A stretch of 32,000 nt of DNA from Clostridia bacterium (GTDB taxonomy: Bacteria; Bacillota; Clostridia; TANB77; CAG-508), in contig JAFXOY010000093.1 of NCBI GenBank assembly GCA_017528375.1, positions 1 to 32,000 of the forward strand. Direction: 5' to 3'. Shown here piece after piece: positions 25,421-32,000 of the stretch (the first letter of the stretch is position 1; each line of letters opens with the position of its first letter). The notes under the pieces were generated by a model, which made no database searches, was not told the origin of the DNA, and was given only the letters and a program-made list of their open reading frames with translations. Both the position numbers and the translations under genes were made by a program.

Positions 25421-26020
25421 ATGGGGTATTACTCACCATCTATAGAAAAATTAATTGAAGCATTTGAGAAGCTACCTAGCATAGGAAATAAAACAGCAGC
25501 TAGACTTGCGTTTCATATGTTAAATGCTAGTGAAACAGAAACAAACGAATTTATTGAGGCAATTACAAATGCTAAAAAGAATTTAAAATATTGTTCAAAA
25601 TGCTTTAATATTACAGATACAGACCCTTGTCCAATATGTGCTAATGCTGGAAGAGATCAGTCAACAATATGTGTTGTAGAAGATGTAAAAGATGTTGTAG
25701 CAATGGAAAGAACTCATGAATTCAAAGGTGTATATCATGTTTTACATGGCGTTGTTTCACCAATGAATGGAATTGGACCAGATGATATAAAAATAAAAGA
25801 ACTTTTAGCAAGATTAATGGATGGACAAGTAAAAGAAATAGTTTTAGCAACAAATCCAAGGGTAGAAGGTGAAGCAACAGCAATGTATATTTCTAAATTA
25901 GTTAAACCACTTGGTGTGAAGGTTACAAGAATAGCACATGGTATTCCAGTTGGTGGAGATTTAGAGTATACAGATGAAGTTACTTTAAGCAAAGCTTTGG
26001 AAGGAAGACGAGAACTGTGA
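25421..26020 (+). CDS. recR: recombination protein RecR
   Basis: [21 protein letters not shown] (HhH), the C4 zinc finger [16 protein letters not shown], and Toprim ([10 protein letters not shown]...). Confidence 0.95.
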   Translation: MGYYSPSIEKLIEAFEKLPSIGNKTAARLAFHMLNASETETNEFIEAITNAKKNLKYCSKCFNITDTDPCPICANAGRDQSTICVVEDVKDVVAMERTHEFKGVYHVLHGVVSPMNGIGPDDIKIKELLARLMDGQVKEIVLATNPRVEGEATAMYISKLVKPLGVKVTRIAHGIPVGGDLEYTDEVTLSKALEGRREL

Positions 26021-26078
26021 AACATTTGGGGACGGTCTTGTTTTGTTTCAGATTTGAAACATTCAGGGACGGACATGG
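26018..26078 (+). repeat. GGGACG-core repeat, B-type (two units); its first three bases are the recR stop codon
   Basis: TGAaacatttggggacggtcttgttttgtttca-gatt-tgaaacattcagggacggacatgg. Confidence 0.85.
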
Positions 26079-26110
26079 AAAAAAGTAGCATTAATTACAA
26101 AATAAAAAGA

Positions 26111-26178
26111 AAAAAGGGATTAGCCTAGCTTGAAGTGAACCCCATATAGTTCACTTCAAGCCTAGCTAATCCTTTTTT
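26111..26178. terminator. long bidirectional terminator hairpin between convergent recR and the glycosyltransferase gene
   Basis: aaaaagggattagcctagcttgaagtgaac (26111-26140) pairs with gttcacttcaagcctagctaatccttttt, with a 3-nt internal mismatch. A/T runs lie on both sides. Confidence 0.75.
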
Positions 26179-26183
26179 ATAAT

Positions 26184-27317
26184 TTAAAAATCTCCCAAAA
26201 CCTTCTTACATATATCTCTAGTAGAATCAGGCTTCGCAATCGAAACACTTTTTTCTTTCATCTCTTGCAACCTAGCAGAGTTGCTCAAAACACCATCAAT
26301 AACAGCATCAATATCATCATCTTTTTTAAGCCACACAGCTGCACCAGAACCTTCAAGAAATTCTGCATTTTCCTCTTCTTGCCCAGGAATAGGATTTGTA
26401 ATAATAATTGGCAAATGTGAAGCTAAACTTTCTGAAGAAGTTAATCCACCTGGTTTCGTAACAACAAGAGTTGAAATATGCATTATATCAGGCACATCTG
26501 TGCAATATTTCATAACATGCAAATCCTCGTTATTTATTTTTTCAGCTATTTTAGTGAACTCTGCATTCATCTTTTTATTTCTACCTGAAATCGCAATAAT
26601 TTGATATTCATCAAGATGTCTAGCTAAACTTTCAAGAATTTGAAGAGTCTTCTTTTGACCTAGACCAAACTCGCCACCACCAAAGAATAAAATAAGTTTT
26701 TTATCCTTTTTTAGTTGATATTTCTGATATGTTTCATCATCATAAAAAGGATATGAAAATGTGTTAGCCAAAGGAACACCAGTTGCAAATACTTTTTCAG
26801 CAGGAGTTCCGTAATTATAAATCATATCTTGTCTCATTTTATCATTTGAAACAAAGAAATACTCGCAATAATCTTGTCCAACTAACCATTGCTCATGTGG
26901 AGCAAAGTCTGTTAACACTGTTGCTAAAACACAATCAACCTTTCCAGTTTCCTTTAAATAACTTGTCATTTGAGTTCCAAATGGATGAGCTGAAATAACA
27001 ACATCAGGAGAAAATTCTTTAAATAATTTAAACAATTTATTAGCCATAATTTCATTTGCTTTATTACTAACGTGTGATAAAACCCCTTTTCTTGAATTGT
27101 AATAAATAGTTTTCCATAGTTTAGGAGCATGTTTAGCCATTTGTTTGTAAGCGCCAGTTGTTGTCTTATTTAAAAATGGACTTATATATTCCATTAAATC
27201 AACACATCTAACCTCACAATTTCCGTAATAATGATCTTCAATATATGTTGTAATAGCGTTTGCTGCTGATAAATGACCACCACCATATTTTGCATATAAT
27301 ACTAAAACTTTTCGCAT
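26184..27317 (-). CDS. ugtP: diacylglycerol glycosyltransferase (MGDG synthase / UgtP-like, GT28)
   Basis: 377 aa. N-terminus KVLVLYAKYGGGHLSAANAI resembles UgtP (...ANYGNGH...). C-terminal GT-B motif TKPGGLTSSESLASHLPII...PGQEEENAEFL. Confidence 0.75.
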   Translation of the reverse strand: MRKVLVLYAKYGGGHLSAANAITTYIEDHYYGNCEVRCVDLMEYISPFLNKTTTGAYKQMAKHAPKLWKTIYYNSRKGVLSHVSNKANEIMANKLFKLFKEFSPDVVISAHPFGTQMTSYLKETGKVDCVLATVLTDFAPHEQWLVGQDYCEYFFVSNDKMRQDMIYNYGTPAEKVFATGVPLANTFSYPFYDDETYQKYQLKKDKKLILFFGGGEFGLGQKKTLQILESLARHLDEYQIIAISGRNKKMNAEFTKIAEKINNEDLHVMKYCTDVPDIMHISTLVVTKPGGLTSSESLASHLPIIITNPIPGQEEENAEFLEGSGAAVWLKKDDDIDAVIDGVLSNSARLQEMKEKSVSIAKPDSTRDICKKVLGDF

Positions 27318-27430
27318 AAAATCCTTCTTTCTAATTAATAAATGTTTTATTTGATGAAATCATTTTACCACATAATAAAAGAAAAATGAATATTTTTTCA
27401 AAAATTGGAGAAAATTTAAAATTGAAGATG

Positions 27431-27500
27431 TGAAACATTTCGGGACGGTCTTAAAATGTTTCATTTTTGACACAAAACAAGACCGTTCCCAAATGTTTCA
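27431..27500. repeat. GGGACG-core repeat, B-type, forming a 70-nt nested palindrome upstream of sleB
   Basis: tgaaacattt-cgggacggtctt-aaaatgtttcatttttgacacaaaac-aagaccgttccc-aaatgtttca. The outer and inner arms are each complementary. Confidence 0.85.
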
Positions 27501-27522
27501 AATTAATAGAAAGGAAAGTAAA

Positions 27523-27984
27523 ATGAAAAGAAGATTCTTAATAATTCTGGTAATAACACTTATTTTATCTACAATTATTATTTTAAATAATAAAGATAAT
27601 AATTCCAACGCAGCAAGCAGTAGAACCACATCAGACGTCCAATTATTAGCAAGAGCAATAAACGGAGAAGCCAGAGGAGAAAGTTATGAAGGCCAAGTTG
27701 CGGTTGGAGCAGTAATTTTAAACAGAGTAAAAAATCCAAACTTTCCAAATTCTATAGCAGGAGTTATATATCAACCAGGTGCATTTACAGCTGTTTCAGA
27801 CGGACAAATAAATGTGCCAATTGACCAAAACGCAACAGTAGTAAAGGCCGCCCAAGACGCCCTAAATGGCTGGGATCCAACAAATGGAGCAATATACTAT
27901 TTCAACCCAAACACAGCAACAAGCTCATGGATATGGTCCAGACCATTTATCAAAACAATAGGAAAACATAGATTTTGCAAATAG
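27523..27984 (+). CDS. sleB: spore cortex-lytic enzyme, SleB/CwlJ family (Hydrolase_2 domain only)
   Basis: The start was moved to the ATG at 27523 (MKRRFLIILVITLIL..., after aaagga). The catalytic-domain pattern is LLARAINGEARGESYEGQVAVGAVILNRV...AGVIYQPGAFTAV. It lies immediately upstream of ypeB, as in Bacillus. Confidence 0.8.
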   Translation: MKRRFLIILVITLILSTIIILNNKDNNSNAASSRTTSDVQLLARAINGEARGESYEGQVAVGAVILNRVKNPNFPNSIAGVIYQPGAFTAVSDGQINVPIDQNATVVKAAQDALNGWDPTNGAIYYFNPNTATSSWIWSRPFIKTIGKHRFCK

Positions 27985-28101
27985 TGCACAGCTGGGGACG
28001 CGTCCCCGCTGTGCAAAATGCACAACGAGGGACGGGTCAATCAAGCTGACGTGTCCCTGACTGTGCAAAATGCACAGTCGGGACGCGTCCCCAGCTGTGC
28101 A
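27985..28101 (+). repeat. three tandem A-type GGGACG-core hairpins filling the sleB-ypeB spacer
   Basis: Hairpins at 27985-28015, 28019-28067 and 28071-28101. Each runs tgcaca...tgtgca, and they are separated by aaa. The first is identical to 15973-16003. Confidence 0.9.
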
Positions 28102-28113
28102 GAAGGAGGAAAA

Positions 28114-29499
28114 ATGATAAGTTTAAAAGAAAAAGTATATGATTGGAAAGATAGGTTAAAAGATAGGCACATGCTAACATTGGTTGTAACGCTAATTGCA
28201 ATTATTGTAGCACTAGGCCTATATACGTATAAAAAGCAAAGAGATTATCGCCAAGCATCGGAAAATGCTTATAATATGGCATTTTTTGAATTGGTAGATT
28301 ATGTTGATAGCGTAGAAGTTTATTTAGCAAAAGCTTTAGTTTCAAATACACCGGAGCATGGTGCTGAAACACTAACATATGTGTGGAGAGAGGCAAATTT
28401 GGCACAAAGTTATTTAGCAAGGCTTCCAATAAACAGCAGTGAGCTAGAAAATACAGCTAAATTCTTAAATCAGGTAAGTGATTATAGTTATGCATTATCA
28501 AGAAAAAACATTGATAATCAGCCTCTAACACAGCAAGAACTAGACAACTTAAAAGAATTACATCAATACAGTGTTGACTTAAAAAACACATTAAATCAAT
28601 TATCAGAAGATTTAAACAGTGGAAGAATCAGTTGGGGTGAATTAACTAAAAAAGCAGCTCCAGTGTTTGCACAAGAAGTAAGCAATGTTTCAAAAGAAAG
28701 CTTTAGCAATTTAGAAGAAAATTTTCATGAATATGCTGGCCTAATATATGACGGCGCATTTTCAGAACACATGACAAACCCAGAAAGAAAAGGATTAACT
28801 GGTGAAGAAATAGATGAAGAAACAGCAAAACAAAGAGCTATTGAATTTATAGGAAGCGATAATATAAAAGAAATAAATTCAAATGGATTAAACCAAAATG
28901 CAAATATACAAAGCTACGACTTTTCAGTTACAAGAAATGATGGAGACAATGCATGGATTTCAATTTCACAAAAAGGTGGTCATGTAGTTTTATATAATAG
29001 TAACAAAGATGTAAAAGCTGAAGTTTTAACTCAAGAACAAGCAAATGAAGTTGGACAAAAGTTCTTGGAATCTAGGAAAATATATAACATGAAACCAACA
29101 TATTATTTAAAACAAAATGGAATTGTAACAATAAATTATGCATACACACAAGACAATGTAACAGTATATCCAGATTTAATTAAATTAAAAGTAGCATTAG
29201 ATGATGGCGAGATTATGGGAATGGAAACATCAGGGTATTTAAATTCACATACACCAAGAGCGTTTGTAACACCAAAGATTTCACAAGATGAAGCTAGAAG
29301 CAAAATTAATAAAAATCTAGAAATCACCAGCGAAGGTTTAGCAATGATACCAACAGAATACCAAACAGAAATATTATGTTGGGAATTTAAAGGAAATGTA
29401 GAAGATAGACAGTTCTTAGTTTATATAAATGTAGAAACCGGAAAAGAGGAAGATGTTTTAGTTATACTAGATACACCAAATGGGACTATGACAATGTAA
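28114..29499 (+). CDS. ypeB: germination protein YpeB
   Basis: The start was moved to the ATG at 28114, after AAGGAGG. It has an N-terminal TM (LTLVVTLIAIIVALGLY), a YpeB-type N domain and C-terminal PepSY-like repeats, and is paired with sleB. Confidence 0.8.
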   Translation: MISLKEKVYDWKDRLKDRHMLTLVVTLIAIIVALGLYTYKKQRDYRQASENAYNMAFFELVDYVDSVEVYLAKALVSNTPEHGAETLTYVWREANLAQSYLARLPINSSELENTAKFLNQVSDYSYALSRKNIDNQPLTQQELDNLKELHQYSVDLKNTLNQLSEDLNSGRISWGELTKKAAPVFAQEVSNVSKESFSNLEENFHEYAGLIYDGAFSEHMTNPERKGLTGEEIDEETAKQRAIEFIGSDNIKEINSNGLNQNANIQSYDFSVTRNDGDNAWISISQKGGHVVLYNSNKDVKAEVLTQEQANEVGQKFLESRKIYNMKPTYYLKQNGIVTINYAYTQDNVTVYPDLIKLKVALDDGEIMGMETSGYLNSHTPRAFVTPKISQDEARSKINKNLEITSEGLAMIPTEYQTEILCWEFKGNVEDRQFLVYINVETGKEEDVLVILDTPNGTMTM

Positions 29500-29624
29500 T
29501 TTTAAAAAAGGATTTTTCAAAATTTTCCCAGCATAAAATGTCGAAAAAAATCAAACAATAAAAGTAATCCATTGGAATAATTTCTTCAATGGAAACGACA
29601 CTGAAACTTTAGGAGGTATTTGTT

Positions 29625-29795
29625 ATGTCTAGAAGAAATAGTGGACTAATGTCTGAAGATTTAAAAGTAGAGATAGCAAAAGAACTAGGAGTATATGAAC
29701 AAGTAAAGCAAGACGGTGGATGGCAAAATGTGTCTTCAAAGAATTGCGGAAACATTGTAAAAAAAGCAATAGAAATTGCTAATAGAAAAGTGTAA
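29625..29795 (+). CDS. small acid-soluble spore protein, alpha/beta type (56 aa; below the ORF-track length cutoff)
   Basis: AGGAGG lies 8 nt upstream of the ATG at 29625. MSRRNSGLMSEDLKVEIAKELGVYEQVKQDGGWQNVSSKNCGNIVKKAIEIA carries both conserved alpha/beta SASP blocks (KxEIAxELGV and GxxVKxxIExA). A terminator follows. Confidence 0.85.
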   Translation: MSRRNSGLMSEDLKVEIAKELGVYEQVKQDGGWQNVSSKNCGNIVKKAIEIANRKV

Positions 29796-29798
29796 TGT

Positions 29799-29836
29799 AA
29801 AAGCTGATCATTTTTTATGTGATCAGCTTTTATTTA
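29799..29836 (+). terminator. intrinsic terminator after the SASP gene
   Basis: Perfect 12-bp stem: aaaagctgatca (29799-29810) pairs with tgatcagctttt (29820-29831). A T-rich tail follows. Confidence 0.75.
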
Positions 29837-29988
29837 CGGAAATAACCAATTCAAGAAATTACACATATATAAAATAACAAAAAACAACAAAATATTACAT
29901 AAATGTAACTAAATTTTAATAAAAAAGTAATAAAACACAAAGTGAATATTTCCGCAGTGTTATAAAAAAAATACAGAATTTACAGTAC

Positions 29989-30017
29989 TTGAAAAATTTT
30001 TTAAATATATCGATAAT
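29989..30017 (+). promoter_or_regulatory. promoter of the large surface-protein gene
   Basis: TTGAAA (29989-29994), 17 nt, GATAAT (30012-30017). Confidence 0.45.
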
Positions 30018-30076
30018 GAGTATAAGAAAATTAAATTTCAAGAAAGAAAAATATTGTGAGTGGGGGAAAACGAAAG

Positions 30077-31999
30077 ATGGAAAGAACAAATTTAAGAATT
30101 ACAGAAATCTTAAAAAGAATTATCTGCTTGGTAATAGTATTTGTAATGCTAGCAGGTAATTTTATTAGTCCAGTAAAAAGTTTTGCAGAAGAGATAAACA
30201 ACACTGCAAATTTAACTGTAACTGAAGAAAACACAAACAAAGAAGAAAATGCAGAAGGAACAGAAGAAGGAGAAGAAGCAACAGAAGAAGATACAACTTC
30301 TGAAGAAGACACTCAAGCAAAAATTGAAGAAATTGAGGCTGCATTTGAAGCAAACCAAGTAAAGGAGCAAGCTAATAACAGCAATGCAAATGAAGATGCT
30401 GAAGAAAATCAAGAACCAACAGAGCAACAAGCTGCACCAGCTCAAACAAGAGGCTTAAAAAAATCAGCACCAGCACTTCGTGGAGCAAATACACAAGCTT
30501 CTCAAACAGCATCAAACAAAATTGAAGACAGAATAACTCCAGACAAAAAAGGTGAAGTAACAGTAAAAACAAAAAACGATGCATATGAAATTAATACATT
30601 CAATACAGAATTCGTATCAGGAGCAACAAAAGATGGAAACAATAATCTAGTATGGACACCAGATTCACCAGCTTCAGGACACGAGTTTAGATTTCGTATT
30701 AATTATGCTTTATCTGGATTAGGAGAACATCCAGCAGAAGCAATAAAAATCACAATACCAAAACAAATATTAAGAAATCGTAATGGAACTTTTGCAGATA
30801 AATACGAAATGTCATTACCAACAGACAAAGAATATGATGGAACAACAGAATTTGCATTTATAGAAAACGAAGACTATATCGTAATTTATAACCCAGACCC
30901 AGTAAAAGCAGCAGTTAATGGATATATAGAAGTAGCGTATAAAACAAATACATCAACAACAAATTATAGAGATTATGATAAAACAAATACTGATTTAGTT
31001 ACAAATGGTGGAACTGCATCAGACCCATTCAATGCAGTTATAACAGTAAAAACAACAGTACGTGATACAGAAGATATATTAGCAAATACATCAGATGATA
31101 AAAATGTATTCATAGACACAATTGCTAAAATTCTAAGTACACAAAAATACCAACCAACATTATATAGAGAATGGAACAATTCATGGACAGCTGAAGTTCC
31201 AGCAGACAAAGACGATTACTATTACTTAGTATGGCAAGTTGTTACAAATATTCAAGCAGGAACACAACCTTACACATTCTCATTACAAGATACAATAACA
31301 AACTTAACAGAAGGAACAAACGCAGACGATTATCAATTTGTTGGATATAAATTATCAGGAGAGAGATATTATTCAGATAAAAACACAGATACAACAGCAA
31401 GCATAGGAACATCAAGAACAGATTATGTATTAACACGTCACAAAAAAGCAACATTCACAGGTATAAATTATCAATTAAAGAATACAGTAACAGCAACAGT
31501 AAATCCAATAGATCAAGTAGATCCAAGTACAAACGCAACATCATCAAATGTATTTAATTGGAAGTCAGAATTCACAGTTCCAACAGGACATTTTAATTTA
31601 TTTAAATATGGAAACAATAGATGGAAATATGGAAAATGGGATTATGCAAATTATGATTTAGACAAATTACAAAGTGGAGAAGTAAATGAACTAAAAGGAT
31701 TCAAATACTTAACAGAAACAGTTGGATATGCATATCCATGGACACTAAAAGAAGGTGGTTCTTCAACAAACCCAGAAGACTATGGATATAATCCAGTAAC
31801 TTATGACACATGGGATGATACATTATACTTAGAAAATGACGAAAACCCAATGAATTATGAAGATTATTATTTAGAATATTTTACATACTCAATTAATAAT
31901 TCAGATGCAAATTACGATGATTTTTATAACAAATTTAATATAACTTCAGCAACATATGCAAATGATGAAACAATAACATTCTATGGCAAATTTGCTGAC
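30077..31999 (+). CDS. large secreted surface protein, N-terminal 641 codons (3' end outside the window; absent from the ORF track)
   Basis: The frame is open from the ATG at 30077 to the window edge. An in-frame GTG at 30056 is an alternative start. Signal peptide MERTNLRITEILKRIICLVIVFVMLAGNFISPVKSFA. An acidic E/T/A-rich linker is followed by Thr/Asn/Tyr/Asp-rich beta-type sequence typical of Gram-positive adhesins. All minus-strand ORFs listed here are antisense artefacts. Confidence 0.75.
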   Translation, partial: MERTNLRITEILKRIICLVIVFVMLAGNFISPVKSFAEEINNTANLTVTEENTNKEENAEGTEEGEEATEEDTTSEEDTQAKIEEIEAAFEANQVKEQANNSNANEDAEENQEPTEQQAAPAQTRGLKKSAPALRGANTQASQTASNKIEDRITPDKKGEVTVKTKNDAYEINTFNTEFVSGATKDGNNNLVWTPDSPASGHEFRFRINYALSGLGEHPAEAIKITIPKQILRNRNGTFADKYEMSLPTDKEYDGTTEFAFIENEDYIVIYNPDPVKAAVNGYIEVAYKTNTSTTNYRDYDKTNTDLVTNGGTASDPFNAVITVKTTVRDTEDILANTSDDKNVFIDTIAKILSTQKYQPTLYREWNNSWTAEVPADKDDYYYLVWQVVTNIQAGTQPYTFSLQDTITNLTEGTNADDYQFVGYKLSGERYYSDKNTDTTASIGTSRTDYVLTRHKKATFTGINYQLKNTVTATVNPIDQVDPSTNATSSNVFNWKSEFTVPTGHFNLFKYGNNRWKYGKWDYANYDLDKLQSGEVNELKGFKYLTETVGYAYPWTLKEGGSSTNPEDYGYNPVTYDTWDDTLYLENDENPMNYEDYYLEYFTYSINNSDANYDDFYNKFNITSATYANDETITFYGKFAD

Positions 32000-32000
32000 G

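Noticed and set aside
27985-28101. Possible mini-CRISPR array, since three similar approximately 31-49-nt units lie in tandem.
   Set aside because: The units are themselves palindromic hairpins separated only by AAA. There are no unique spacers, no leader and no cas genes, and the same units occur singly elsewhere. They belong to the interspersed repeat family.
27430-28113. ORF-track N-terminal extensions of sleB (from the GTG at 27430) and ypeB (from the ATG at 28018). The ybaB extension from 24982 is similar.
   Set aside because: The extensions are translations of the repeat elements and lack an RBS. Downstream ATGs at 27523, 28114 and 25015 have good RBSs and give canonical N-termini.
29500-29624. 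A sigma-G-type forespore promoter upstream of the SASP gene.
   Set aside because: A GCATA-like -35 element is present, but I could not place a convincing CAxAxTA -10 element at the right spacing by eye. It was left unannotated.
30031-31454. Five minus-strand ORFs (30031-30312, 30165-30353, 30212-30445, 30372-30584, 30973-31209, 31242-31454), all Leu/Phe/Ser-rich.
   Set aside because: They are antisense shadows of the long plus-strand surface-protein gene, which is purine-rich on its sense strand. They have no RBSs and are low-complexity translations.

Overview
This is an AT-rich chromosomal segment, roughly 30% G+C from rough hand counts of a few 60-nt lines. It comes from an endospore-forming Firmicute, Clostridia- or Erysipelotrichia-like. 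The evidence is sleB-ypeB, an alpha/beta-type SASP, a B. subtilis-style DnaD-domain gene plus dnaI, and the SRP-RNA/dnaX/ybaB/recR arrangement. Most of the window is housekeeping: gyrA, a helicase-loader pair, an HtrA-like protease, an FAD/Rieske oxidoreductase, seven tRNAs, an SDR, corA, a CapA-like gene, a TtcA-like gene, tadA, SRP RNA, dnaX-ybaB-recR, a UgtP-like glycosyltransferase, sleB-ypeB and a SASP gene. There are also two secreted surface proteins; one is LPXTG-anchored and the other is large and runs off the right edge. Three things stand out. (1) An orphan four-gene type-IV-secretion-like module lies at 9368-12686 on the minus strand. It has a coupling-protein-like ATPase plus VirB2-, VirB6- and PrgI/VirB3-like membrane proteins. 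It abuts tRNA-Pro and has no VirB4, relaxase or integrase in view. (2) A dense family of GC-rich nested-palindromic repeats is built around a GGGACG/CGTCCC core. At least eight intergenic loci carry it between 15.97 and 28.10 kb. Some copies supply the stop codon of dnaX and recR, and three tandem hairpins fill the sleB-ypeB spacer. I cannot match it from memory to a named repeat family. (3) The left edge (1-1332) is extremely AT-rich and encodes a ParA/MinD-like ATPase and an Asn-rich protein of unknown function. It is followed by a perfect 36-bp inverted repeat around an 88-bp spacer upstream of gyrA. Several ORF-track start codons were corrected because they fall in promoters or repeats. 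The two edge-truncated CDSs were found by hand; the ORF track shows neither the upstream part of the left one nor any of the right one.
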